NCBI GenBank assembly: GCA_002371115.1
Contig: DFFY01000056.1
Location: 1-62,118, forward strand
Direction of reading: 5' to 3'
DNA from: Bacteroidales bacterium UBA3764
GTDB taxonomy: Bacteria; Bacteroidota; Bacteroidia; Bacteroidales; UBA932
Length of the DNA: 62,118 nucleotides
Shown here: positions 44,667 through 54,349 of the stretch, piece after piece
Position numbering within the stretch: the first letter of the stretch is position 1
Layout: every line of letters starts with the position of its first letter
Position numbers and translations under genes: made by a program
Notes under the pieces: model-generated
Seen by the model: the letters and a program-made list of their open reading frames with translations, nothing else
Database searches by the model: none
Told to the model about the DNA's origin: nothing

Positions 44667-46764
44667 AAAGAAGATAGGAGCACTGCTGGCGCTGGCCCTG
44701 TTGGCCTGCAGCCTGGAGGCCCAGGAGCGCCTCGCCAACGACAAGATGGCCGTAAGCATTGACCGCAACGGCCGCCTCACGGAACTGCGGAACCTCGGGA
44801 CCGGGACCGACTATGCCGGCTCCGGAGCGCTTTGGCGGCTGTATTTTGACACGCCGGAACAGCAGGAAGTGCAGGTAAGCGGCGAACTGCAGGTCCAGCA
44901 AGTGGAACGGCGGGGAGAGGCCATCGTCATCTCCTGCAGCGGCATGCGGGCCGACTCCAGGATAGAAGGTCCCCTCAACTTTTCGCTCATCCTTACCATT
45001 ACCTTGGAAGAAGACAAAGTACGGTTTGCATCGACCCTGGAGAACCATGAGCCCCACACCATCATCCGGGAGCTGCAATGCCCGCTTGTGGGGGACCTGG
45101 CCCTGCCCGAGGGGCACCGGCTGCTCACCACCTTCGGCGGTGGACAGCTGATTGACGATGTCAAAAAGCACATTGCCGCAGAGGGCATCAAGAGCCCGTA
45201 CATGACCCCCGCCCAGTATTACCGGCAAAAGCCGCTGGAGTATCCCCGGGGGGCCGTTGCGGCCAACTGCTTCGCCCTCGTGGGAGAAAAGGAAGGCCTG
45301 TACTTCGGCAGCCATGACACGTGCTTCGTAAATACCGGCCATGGCCTGCGGGTGTATCCATCGGCCGCGGGCGTTTTCGACCGCCTGGAATGCGGCTTTT
45401 ACAAATACCCGAACATTGTCTGCGGACAAAGCTGGCAGTGCGACGCCAATGTCATCGCCCCGTACAGCGGAACCTGGACGGAGACCTCCCGCCTGTACCG
45501 CAGGTGGGTCGATGCCGCCTGGTGGGACCGTCGCTGCCCGCCCCGGTGGGTGCAGGAAATGAAGAGCTGGCAAAGGGTTATTTTCAAGCATCAGTACGGA
45601 GAGTATTTTTTCCGCTACAAGGACCTTCCCGGCCGCATCCTTGACGTGGAAAAAAGCGTGGACAGCGACGCCGTCCTCCTCTTCGGATGGTGGAACAGCG
45701 GCATGGACAATTCCAATCCGGACTATGTTTCCGACGCCTCCCAGGGAGGAGACGCAGCCCTGAAAGAAGCCATTGCACGCTACCAGGAAGCAGGAGGAAG
45801 GGCGGCCTTGTACTTCAACGGCAAACTCATCGACAGGAAAAGCGGTTTTTACCGCAGCGGCGCCGCCAACGGCCTTGTCTTTACCGGAAATGACGGAACA
45901 GAGAGCATCGAAAACTATAAGTTCTCCTCCTTCGGTTCTTTCCTGGAGAAATACAATTACCGCAACTTTGTGGTTGCAGACACGCGGGATCCCGCCTGGC
46001 AGAAGCTGATGCTGTCCTGGGTGGACAAAGCCGCCGCCCTGGGGGCCTCCAGCATCTTCTATGACCAGATGGGTTCCGTAGAGAACAACGCCGTGAACTG
46101 GGATGTCTCCGGAGAATTCCCCATCCCGGACCTGGCCCCGCTTACCGCCAAGGCCGGCATCCTGAAAAAGTGCCGGGACAAGGTAAGGGCCACCTCCCCG
46201 GAAATGGCCATGGGAGCCGAGCACATCACGGATTTGCTGTGCATGTACGTGGACTATACGCACGGAGACGGCCTCCTTTCCATGATTGACTGGTTCCGCT
46301 ATACCTTCCCAGAACTCATCATCAGCGACCGCTGTATCCGGGACGATACCGACATCGAGCGCCGCGTGAACCTCACGGTCCTGAAGGGACTCCGCAACGA
46401 CATCGAGATTTTCCGCTGCCGGGGGCTTATTGACGAAACGCCTCATTATCAGGCCTATCTTGCCCAGGTAAACGCCCTCAAGGACCGTTTCTCAGACCTT
46501 CTGCTGATGGGCCGGTTCTCTTACAAGGACTTCTTCACGTCAAAAAATGACAACGTGGAAGCACGAAGCTTCGTTAACGGGAACTCCCTTGCGATTGTGC
46601 TCACTTCAGAAGAAGACAGGGCACAGAAAACCCGTCTGGAAGTTCCGGGATACAAGTTTTCAACGTACGGGACGATTGGCAAAGCAACGGTTTCCCGTGA
46701 CGGAAAGAAGGTGAAACTTGGAAAACACGGCCTTGCCGTTCTTGTATTTGAGAAAGAAGTATGA
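44659..46764 (+). CDS. Secreted putative glycoside hydrolase (DUF6259-like TIM barrel)
   Basis: Signal peptide, LLFGWW.SG.D..NPDY, LYFNG, IFYDQMG, MGAE..TD, FRYTFPE. Confidence 0.65.
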   Translation: MSKKKIGALLALALLACSLEAQERLANDKMAVSIDRNGRLTELRNLGTGTDYAGSGALWRLYFDTPEQQEVQVSGELQVQQVERRGEAIVISCSGMRADSRIEGPLNFSLILTITLEEDKVRFASTLENHEPHTIIRELQCPLVGDLALPEGHRLLTTFGGGQLIDDVKKHIAAEGIKSPYMTPAQYYRQKPLEYPRGAVAANCFALVGEKEGLYFGSHDTCFVNTGHGLRVYPSAAGVFDRLECGFYKYPNIVCGQSWQCDANVIAPYSGTWTETSRLYRRWVDAAWWDRRCPPRWVQEMKSWQRVIFKHQYGEYFFRYKDLPGRILDVEKSVDSDAVLLFGWWNSGMDNSNPDYVSDASQGGDAALKEAIARYQEAGGRAALYFNGKLIDRKSGFYRSGAANGLVFTGNDGTESIENYKFSSFGSFLEKYNYRNFVVADTRDPAWQKLMLSWVDKAAALGASSIFYDQMGSVENNAVNWDVSGEFPIPDLAPLTAKAGILKKCRDKVRATSPEMAMGAEHITDLLCMYVDYTHGDGLLSMIDWFRYTFPELIISDRCIRDDTDIERRVNLTVLKGLRNDIEIFRCRGLIDETPHYQAYLAQVNALKDRFSDLLLMGRFSYKDFFTSKNDNVEARSFVNGNSLAIVLTSEEDRAQKTRLEVPGYKFSTYGTIGKATVSRDGKKVKLGKHGLAVLVFEKEV

Positions 46765-47948
46765 AACGCATCCTGCCTGTCATCCTGATCTTTTTAAGTC
46801 TTGGCGTCCAGGCCCAGACGTTGCCGCCGTGGCAGCAAGGGTGGTTTGACATCCATCACATTTCCACCGGGAAAGGCGAATGCCAGTTCCTGGTTTTCCC
46901 GGACGGAACAACAATGGTGATTGACTGCGGCGACATGACCGGCCAGGGAAAAGGCTGGGCGCACAGCAAAGCCCTTCCGGACAGTTCAAAAACGCCACCG
47001 CAGTGGGTTGCAAGATACATCGACACATTCTCTCCTTCACCCGGGAGGATTGATTATGCCCTCATATCCCACTTCCATTCCGACCACATGGGCCACATAT
47101 CGGCCTCAAAGGAAGGGAAGCACGGATACAGGCTTTCCGGCATTACGGAGCTGGCAGAGTACGAAATAATCGGCACGCTTGTTGACAGAGGTTATCCAAG
47201 GTATGACTACCCCTCTGTGGAAAGAGTAGAAAAACAGTGCGCAATGATGCCGGACTACAAGAAATTCGTCACCTTCAAAACCCTGAATGAAGGCATGAAG
47301 GCGGAAGCGTTCAAGCTGGGCTCCAAAAAGCAGTTCCGGACCCGCTCCGGAAAGTGGGACTTCCGGGTATGGAACGTGGCTGCAAACCTCAGGGCGGTCA
47401 AAAAAGGCAAGTTGTTCAAGCAGGACGAAGACATCATGAAGTTCGACGAGAACATGTTCTCCTGCGTGCAGCTGTTCACCTACGGGCCGTTCAACTATTA
47501 CAGCGGCGGAGATTTTCCGGGGAGCAACCTCCCGGGCCTCAAGTTCGACCGGTATTACGAGACTCCCCTTGCGGACATCGTCGGGAAATGTGACGTGGTA
47601 AAGGCCGACCACCACGGCTACCGGGACTCCGTCAATCCCTATTTTCTCTGGCAGACGGAACCGGATGCCATTATTGTGGATGCCGCCGAAGCTTCCCACC
47701 CCCGCCGCGAAACCGTGGAGCGGATTACGGACCCGCAGTATAAGGGGCGGCACCACCTCTACGTCACCTCCCAGGCCGGCAGGGCCAAGATGGGCGAGGA
47801 GGCCTGGGCCAAGATAAAAGGATGCGGACACATTGTGGTGCGCGTATATGAAAACGGGCTGTCCTGGCAGGTCTTCGTCCTGGACGCCACCTCCACGGAC
47901 TATCCTGTTATCCAATCTTCAGAAGTATATCAAACCAAAGAGAAATGA
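46761..47948 (+). CDS. Secreted MBL-fold (ComEC-like) metallo-hydrolase
   Basis: DIHHISTG.GE, MVIDCG, ISHFHSDHMG, SGGD, KADHHG. Confidence 0.85.
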   Translation: MKRILPVILIFLSLGVQAQTLPPWQQGWFDIHHISTGKGECQFLVFPDGTTMVIDCGDMTGQGKGWAHSKALPDSSKTPPQWVARYIDTFSPSPGRIDYALISHFHSDHMGHISASKEGKHGYRLSGITELAEYEIIGTLVDRGYPRYDYPSVERVEKQCAMMPDYKKFVTFKTLNEGMKAEAFKLGSKKQFRTRSGKWDFRVWNVAANLRAVKKGKLFKQDEDIMKFDENMFSCVQLFTYGPFNYYSGGDFPGSNLPGLKFDRYYETPLADIVGKCDVVKADHHGYRDSVNPYFLWQTEPDAIIVDAAEASHPRRETVERITDPQYKGRHHLYVTSQAGRAKMGEEAWAKIKGCGHIVVRVYENGLSWQVFVLDATSTDYPVIQSSEVYQTKEK

Positions 47949-49681
47949 AAAAGGCCGTTATCCTTATAGCGTTGTTCCTGACCTCCCTTCTGCAGGCGCA
48001 GGAGGCCGACTTCCGCATCATGTCCTTCAACATGGAAAGAGGAGATTTGAGCGTGAAGAAGGGATGGGGCTGGGATGTAAGGAAACCTGCCGCCCTGGCC
48101 ATGCTGGACCTCCGGCATCCGGACCTTTTGGGTGTGCAGGAATGCAACTCCGAGCAGCGGGACGACATCCTTGGACGGAGACCGGGCTACCGCCATATCG
48201 GCGCATCAGTCTTTGGCGAGACGGGAGAACATGCCACCTCCGGCAACTACATCTTCTACGATACCGCCACCCTGGAACTGCTGGATGAAGGCATGTTCTG
48301 GTACGCCTTCCGGCCCGACAGCGCGGGCATGTACACCTGGATAGCGAAAAAGCCCCGCTCGGCCACCTGGGGGAAGTTCCGGCACAAAAGCACCGGCAAA
48401 GAATTCTTCTACATCAACAACCACCTCCAGAACGGCATTGACGCCGTGCTGAACCGGGCCATGAGCATTACCCTGCTCCTCGCCAAAATGCGGGAAATCA
48501 ATCCGGAGGGGCTGCCCATGCTCTATTCCGGCGACCTCAACAGCAAATGCGTGGAGGGCTATTATACGCCCCTGCAGGAAGAGATGCAGGAGGCGGCCAT
48601 CGCCTGCCCGGTAACGGACATGGGAACCACCCTGGGGGGGTATCGGCGCAAAGAAGGGGCCGAGCGCATCGACCATATTTTCTTTTCCGGTGCCCTGGAA
48701 GGGCTGCGCTACGCCGTTGACCGGGACGCGTATGAGGGGCTGGAATACGTGTCGGACCACTTCCCCGTTTATGCCGACTTCCGTTTCACTCCGGCCGCCC
48801 CTCAGAAGAAAGACTATTGGTTTGACCTGAAGCCGGCGGACGGAGACGTTAGCGTGAAAGCCGGCACCTGGAACCTGTTCAGCACCGTGGAAAGGGACGA
48901 GCGGAAAGCGCCCACCTGGAACAGCGTCAAAGAATCCGTCGCACAGACGGTCGCCTCCCTCGGAACCGACATCATGGCCTTTCAGGAACTCACCGAGCCC
49001 ATGGTACGCGACCTCCCAAAACTGATGAAAAACGCCCTGGGGAAGAAATACAAACTGTGGATACAGTTTTCCGACCCCAATCCGGAGAACACTGCCCGGG
49101 AGGCGGTCGCCCTCCTGTACAACACCGAGCGTTTCTCCATTTCCAGACAACGGGTTTCCTGGATTACGGCAGGTGACTATGAAGCGCCTTCCAAACCCTG
49201 GGGAGACGACTACCGGGCCCTTTTGAGCGCCGTCTTCACGGACAAGGCCAGCGGAAAGCAGTTCTTTGTCATGGCAGGCAAATTCGCCCGTGGGGAGAAT
49301 CCGGTCAAATATGAAGGCAACGTCATCAAGAAGATGGAAAGGGAACTGAACAAGGAGGCGCTGCCCTCCCTCCTCCTGGCCGACATGAACACCGCTCCCC
49401 GGGGCCAGGTATGGCTTTCCCTGCTCAATTTCTGGACCGATGCCGCCGCCCTCATGTATCCCTTCCCGGACACCTGCTTCTCCACCCGCGTTCCCAAGGA
49501 CGGTTTCTATGAAAGCAACACGCCCAAGGACTGGGGGACCAAATACGATATCATTGGCATCAGCCGATATGTAAAGAACGGCATCCTGGTCAAGGAACAT
49601 ACCGTCCACCGGGAAATTGCCAACCTGGTACCGGTTCCCTCCGACCACTGCCCCGTAACCGCAACGCTCGTTTTCAAATGA
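47945..49681 (+). CDS. Secreted tandem-EEP phosphoesterase
   Basis: Domain 1 has MSFN/GVQE/NNH/SGDLN/IDHIF/SDHFPV. Domain 2 has TWNL/AFQE/LADMN/SDHCPV. Confidence 0.88.
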   Translation: MKKAVILIALFLTSLLQAQEADFRIMSFNMERGDLSVKKGWGWDVRKPAALAMLDLRHPDLLGVQECNSEQRDDILGRRPGYRHIGASVFGETGEHATSGNYIFYDTATLELLDEGMFWYAFRPDSAGMYTWIAKKPRSATWGKFRHKSTGKEFFYINNHLQNGIDAVLNRAMSITLLLAKMREINPEGLPMLYSGDLNSKCVEGYYTPLQEEMQEAAIACPVTDMGTTLGGYRRKEGAERIDHIFFSGALEGLRYAVDRDAYEGLEYVSDHFPVYADFRFTPAAPQKKDYWFDLKPADGDVSVKAGTWNLFSTVERDERKAPTWNSVKESVAQTVASLGTDIMAFQELTEPMVRDLPKLMKNALGKKYKLWIQFSDPNPENTAREAVALLYNTERFSISRQRVSWITAGDYEAPSKPWGDDYRALLSAVFTDKASGKQFFVMAGKFARGENPVKYEGNVIKKMERELNKEALPSLLLADMNTAPRGQVWLSLLNFWTDAAALMYPFPDTCFSTRVPKDGFYESNTPKDWGTKYDIIGISRYVKNGILVKEHTVHREIANLVPVPSDHCPVTATLVFK

Positions 49682-52083
49682 TGGGTAAAAGAATATACGC
49701 CGCCGTTCTTGGCCTTGTCTTTGTTTTTTGCGCCGCAGCGCAAGAACCGGACTCGCTGCGGGGCATGTACAGGACCTATGCGGCACCGGCGGTGACGGAC
49801 ACCCCGGCGCCCAACGGCTATAAACCCGTGTATATCAGTCATTATGGCAGGCACGGAAGCCGGTATCACCTGGGAAAGAACATTGTGAAAACGCCGCTGG
49901 ACTCCTTGCGTGCCGCCCGGAAGAGAGGAAGCCTGACAGCGCTGGGCGGAACGGTGCTGGAAAGCATAGAAGCCCTGTATGCCGCCAGCGACGGGAAATG
50001 GGGAACGCTCACGCAAAGGGGCGTCTGGGAACACGAAGCCATCGCCGCCAGGATGATGGAACGCTTTCCCTCCGTTTTCAAGGGGAAACGCCACATTGAG
50101 GCCGCCGCCACCATCCGTCCGCGCTGCATCTCCAGCATGAAAGCGGCCACCGGCGTCATGCAAAAGGCCCGTCCCGGCTTGTCCGTCTCTACAGCGGCCG
50201 ATGCTACTACCACCCGGCTCCTCAAGAATGAGGACCTGCTTCCGGAAGCCCAGGCCTGGTATGGTCCAAGACTGGACACGGCAACCCTTGCTGCCGGTCA
50301 TTGGGAACAATGCATCGGCAGGCTTTATACCGACTGCCGCGGCTCTGCCATGGACCAGATGGTGCTGGCCCGCTGGATTTGGCACTGCTGGGCACAGGCC
50401 CCCTGCACCGGAACAGACAGCTTTGACATCACGGCCTGGCTCACGAATGACGAGCTCAAGACCCTGGCCGGCTGGTATGACATGAACCTTCCGCTCAAGT
50501 GCCTCAGAAGCGACATCTTTCTGGAAAGCCGCATTGAAAGCCAGCGCAGCCTGCTGCGGGACATAGTTGACAAGGCCGATGCCGCCCTGGCCCACGGGAA
50601 GACGGCTGCTACGCTCCGGTATGGCCATGACGCCAACCTGGTCCCGCTCATGGGCCTGATGCAAGCAGAAGGCTTCGACGGGGTTTTTGTCCTGAAAGAC
50701 CGGCCTGACGCCCGCTGGAACAGCGCAAGGATGATTCCCATGGGCTCCAACGTGCAGCTGGTGTTCTATAAGAAAGGCCGGAAGGACCCGGTGCTGGTAA
50801 AAGTGCTGTACAACGAGAAAGAAACACGCATCGCCGGGCTGGAGCCCGTGAGCGGACCCTACTACGAGTGGACGGCGCTGAAACGTTTCTGGGGCTGTGC
50901 TCCCCTTGCGCATGAAACCACCCTCGCCGCTCCGGCGGAAGGCTACGCAAGCGCCCGCATCCAACAGGCCATTGACTCGATATCGGCCCTTGGAGGAGGC
51001 CGGGTCATCCTTTCCGGCGGGACCTACCTCTGCGCTCCCCTTGCGCTCAAGAGCGGCGTGGACCTGCACCTGGAAGCAGGCGCCGTGCTGCTGGCATCGG
51101 CACGCCTGGAGGACTATCCCGACAGGGCGCAGACCCGCCATTTTGACACCGACGCCCTGCCCCGCCGCCGCAACATCGCCCTTATCTGGGCCGACGAAGC
51201 CCACGACATCGCCCTTACCGGAAAAGGCGTCATTGACGGGAACGGGTCTTTCCATATCCGGGAAAAACAGGGCGAAAACGGCAACGGGTGGCCTTTTGAG
51301 CGCATTGCATCGGCCCAAGAATCCATTCCGCGGCTGGTCTTCTTAGCCGGTTGCCGGAATGTGCTTGTGGAGGGCGTCACCATGACCAACCAGCCCGCCG
51401 GCTGGGGCTACTGGATACACGACTGCGACAGGGTGCGCTTCTCCGGCTGCACCATCGTCAACGACGTACGCTATCCCAACAACGACGGCATCCACGTCAA
51501 CAGCTCCCGCGACGTCTTTATTTCGGGATGCCACATAGAGGCCGGGGACGATGCCATTGTCGTGCGCGCCAACAGCCGCTCCCTCAGGGAGGACAAGCCC
51601 TGCGAACGCGTTGTGGTCACCGGCTGCGCCCTGAGGAGCTGGTCGTCGGCCGTGCGGATAGGCTGGGTGGGCGACGGCGTCATGCGGGACTGCGCCTTCA
51701 CGCGGCTGCACATCTGGGACTCCTCCAACGGAATCGGCTGCTATCTCCCGCCGTTCAAGTATATTGAAGCCTCCAACGACTACGGCCGCGAAAGCACCCT
51801 CATAGAAGATTTCTGGTGCGACGACATCGCCATGGACCAGGTTTACGGGAATCCGGTCTATTTTGCCATTCCGGCCGACGACCCCAAGGTGCGTGTATCG
51901 GCCTTCAGGGACATGCGGTTCAACAACATCCGCTGCCGGGCGCTGTTTTTCCCCTACATTAGCCGGCGGGCCGACGTGGATGTTTCCGGCATCCGTTTCA
52001 CGGGCTGCACCTTTCTGCAATGCGCCCCTTCCGATTTTCCCGGAGAGGCCAGGCAGCATGGTTATGTACTGCGTAAAAACTAG
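49678..52083 (+). CDS. Histidine acid phosphatase fused to a GH28-like beta-helix
   Basis: SHYGRHGSRY, RC..S and YGHD, then IQQAID...GGG.V....GTYL..L.LKSGV.LHLE.GA.L, NNDGIH, GDDAI. Confidence 0.85.
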   Translation: MMGKRIYAAVLGLVFVFCAAAQEPDSLRGMYRTYAAPAVTDTPAPNGYKPVYISHYGRHGSRYHLGKNIVKTPLDSLRAARKRGSLTALGGTVLESIEALYAASDGKWGTLTQRGVWEHEAIAARMMERFPSVFKGKRHIEAAATIRPRCISSMKAATGVMQKARPGLSVSTAADATTTRLLKNEDLLPEAQAWYGPRLDTATLAAGHWEQCIGRLYTDCRGSAMDQMVLARWIWHCWAQAPCTGTDSFDITAWLTNDELKTLAGWYDMNLPLKCLRSDIFLESRIESQRSLLRDIVDKADAALAHGKTAATLRYGHDANLVPLMGLMQAEGFDGVFVLKDRPDARWNSARMIPMGSNVQLVFYKKGRKDPVLVKVLYNEKETRIAGLEPVSGPYYEWTALKRFWGCAPLAHETTLAAPAEGYASARIQQAIDSISALGGGRVILSGGTYLCAPLALKSGVDLHLEAGAVLLASARLEDYPDRAQTRHFDTDALPRRRNIALIWADEAHDIALTGKGVIDGNGSFHIREKQGENGNGWPFERIASAQESIPRLVFLAGCRNVLVEGVTMTNQPAGWGYWIHDCDRVRFSGCTIVNDVRYPNNDGIHVNSSRDVFISGCHIEAGDDAIVVRANSRSLREDKPCERVVVTGCALRSWSSAVRIGWVGDGVMRDCAFTRLHIWDSSNGIGCYLPPFKYIEASNDYGRESTLIEDFWCDDIAMDQVYGNPVYFAIPADDPKVRVSAFRDMRFNNIRCRALFFPYISRRADVDVSGIRFTGCTFLQCAPSDFPGEARQHGYVLRKN

Positions 52084-52089
52084 TTGACT

Positions 52090-53256
52090 ATGAAAAATTT
52101 CCATTTTACCGTTCTCCTCCTCGCCCTTTTGGCGGCCTGTACCCAGGGCAAGCCGGATTACTATGTCTGCGCCTACGTGTGGCCCTCCTGTCACGACGAC
52201 TCCCTGGCCCATGCCTGGATATGGCCGCAGGGCGAGGGTGAATGGGAAGTCATCAAACAGGGGGATCCCCGCTTCGAAGGGCATTACCAACCCCGCCGGC
52301 CGCTGCTCGGGTACGGCATGGACGATGACCCCGAAGTGGTTGAGCAGTGGATTCAACTGGCGCTGAGCCACGGCGTAAACACCTTCATCTACGACTGGTA
52401 CTGGTACACCGACCCAAACGGTTACCATGGGCCTTTCCTGGAAGACGCCCTGGACAAAGGCTTCCTGGGTGCTCCCTCCAACCGCAAGATGAACTTTTAC
52501 CTCATGTACGCCAACCACGACGTGAAGTACAATTACTGGAATCCGCACAAATGGGGCGACAACACGGACCGGCTGTTCAACCCGCGCGTGGGCATGGAAG
52601 ACTGGAAAAAGATAGTGGACCGGGTTATTACGCAGTATTTCCACCTTCCCAACTACGTGAAAATTGACGGCTGCCCGGTATTCGCCATGTTCAATGCCGA
52701 TATTTTCAAGCAAGGCTTCAGCACGGAAGAAGAAGCGGCGGAGGCCATGGCGTACTTCCGGGACCAGGTGAAGAAGGCCGGCTTCCCGGGCCTCCACCTG
52801 CAGCTCACTCCCGGCGGCGGAAGCGACCCCTCCCCTTCCAGGCAGGAGCACATGAAAGACAACATCCGGCTCCTGGGCATCAACAGCATTGCCTTCTACA
52901 ACATGGGCGGGTTCAACTGCGACTACATCATCCACAACGAAAACGCGATACGGATGCGGAACAACACGGATGCGGCCTACGACATTCCCCTCTTCCCCAC
53001 CGTGTCCATCGGCTGGGACGACTCACCCCGCTTTCCTGCGAAAGGGGCGCAGCACGTCACCCGCTTCCACAACACGCCCGAGGTCTTCGGCTCTTATCTT
53101 GAGACGGCAAAGGCGTATGCCGATGCCCACCCCGACCAGCCGCGCTTTGTCATGATCAACGCCTGGAACGAGTGGGTGGAAGGCAGCTGCCTCCTGCCCG
53201 ACCGACTCAACGGCTACGGCTATCTGGAACAGGTAAAAAGGATTTTCGGCGAATGA
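52090..53256 (+). CDS. GH99-like / WbsX-family lipoprotein
   Basis: EW.VI..G.PRF.GHYQP..PL.GY, QI.LA..HGV..FIYDWYW, LMYANH, NY.KIDG.PVF, GWD.SPR, INAWNEW.EG. Confidence 0.85.
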   Translation: MKNFHFTVLLLALLAACTQGKPDYYVCAYVWPSCHDDSLAHAWIWPQGEGEWEVIKQGDPRFEGHYQPRRPLLGYGMDDDPEVVEQWIQLALSHGVNTFIYDWYWYTDPNGYHGPFLEDALDKGFLGAPSNRKMNFYLMYANHDVKYNYWNPHKWGDNTDRLFNPRVGMEDWKKIVDRVITQYFHLPNYVKIDGCPVFAMFNADIFKQGFSTEEEAAEAMAYFRDQVKKAGFPGLHLQLTPGGGSDPSPSRQEHMKDNIRLLGINSIAFYNMGGFNCDYIIHNENAIRMRNNTDAAYDIPLFPTVSIGWDDSPRFPAKGAQHVTRFHNTPEVFGSYLETAKAYADAHPDQPRFVMINAWNEWVEGSCLLPDRLNGYGYLEQVKRIFGE

Positions 53257-54262
53257 GGCGGAAGGGGTTGTGCACTTTGGAGCGGGTGCCGCTCAGGATC
53301 ATGTCCGCGGCGGTCCGCCCCATGGCGGGGAAGTCGGTGGAGAGCACGGTAAGGCCGCCCATGACCAGCTCATTCAGGGGCATCTCATTATAGGAGATAA
53401 TTTTTACATCCTTGCCCGGAACCAGGCCGGCGCTGCGGATGCTGGCATCCAGCTCCACCAGGCCGGAGTCCAGCTGGCTGTTGAGGACCAGGGCGACGTC
53501 ACCGGGATTCCAAGTTTCGGGGATGCTGCGGAAAACGGACAGCCTGATCCCCGTTTCCCGGGCAAAATCTTTTACGGATTCCAGAATCAGGTTTCCGTAC
53601 AGGCTGCGTGGCAGGACAATCACCTTCAAGTTTCCGCCCCAGCGGAGGATGTCCGCGCGGGCGCAGGCCAGGCCCTGGGCGGCATCGTTTCTGAAATCCT
53701 GGTACACCACGCCGTAGTCTCCGGGTATTCCCCGGAGCCAATTGTCCAGCATAATCAGTTTACGGGCGGGGATGCAGCTTATGATTTTTGTCGCACGCGC
53801 CTGCGTCTGCGCATCCAGCGGAAAATGGGGGCTCACGACATAGTAGTCGTACAGGTCCAGGTTATGGGTCAGATAATATTCCAGCAGGTCCACGTCCTGG
53901 TTGTGCTGCAAGATGGTAATATGGGCGTTTCCCTCCAGGGTTTCCTGGAAATTGCGGAGTATGATTTGGTTATACACGCTTTGTTTGTCCAGAAGGACCA
54001 GGATTTCCCGGAAACGGGTGCCATCCTTTGCCGCCACATAAATGCCTTTTCCCTGCCAGGCCGTGAGCAGGTTGTCCCGGACAAGGGCATTGTAGGCTTT
54101 TTTGACCGTTTCGCGGGAAATATCCAGCATGATGGCCAGTTGGTTCATGGAGGGCAGGCGCTCTCCCGGGACAAGGACGCCGCTCCGGATCTGCTGCCGG
54201 AGCTGGTTGCAGATTTGGACAAAAATGGGCGTATTTCCGGCTTTGTCGATACGGATGTTCAT
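53207..54262 (-). CDS. GntR-family regulator with sugar-binding (PBP-like) domain
   Basis: QI.NQLR..I..G.L.PGERLPS.NQLA..L.ISRETVKKAY..L, GKGIYV, IISYNE.PL.E, LSTDF..MG..AA. Confidence 0.9.
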   Translation of the reverse strand: MNIRIDKAGNTPIFVQICNQLRQQIRSGVLVPGERLPSMNQLAIMLDISRETVKKAYNALVRDNLLTAWQGKGIYVAAKDGTRFREILVLLDKQSVYNQIILRNFQETLEGNAHITILQHNQDVDLLEYYLTHNLDLYDYYVVSPHFPLDAQTQARATKIISCIPARKLIMLDNWLRGIPGDYGVVYQDFRNDAAQGLACARADILRWGGNLKVIVLPRSLYGNLILESVKDFARETGIRLSVFRSIPETWNPGDVALVLNSQLDSGLVELDASIRSAGLVPGKDVKIISYNEMPLNELVMGGLTVLSTDFPAMGRTAADMILSGTRSKVHNPFRLIRRKSFLPVPDSRSR

Positions 54263-54266
54263 GCAA

Positions 54267-54336
54267 CAAAGATACGAATTTTTCAATAACTGTGGTGCGC
54301 TGTGGTGCGGCTGTTTAAAAAATTCCTATATTTGTA
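54267..54336. promoter_or_regulatory. Divergent promoters with candidate GntR operator
   Basis: TATCTTTG (minus), TATATTTG (plus), and ctgtggtgcg x2 in tandem at 54290-54309 between them. Confidence 0.6.
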
Positions 54337-54349
54337 AAAAGCTGATACT

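Noticed and set aside
53207-53256. 50-bp convergent overlap of the GntR and GH99-like genes
   Set aside because: Most simply a lost stop with a short read-through tail. No sign of function.
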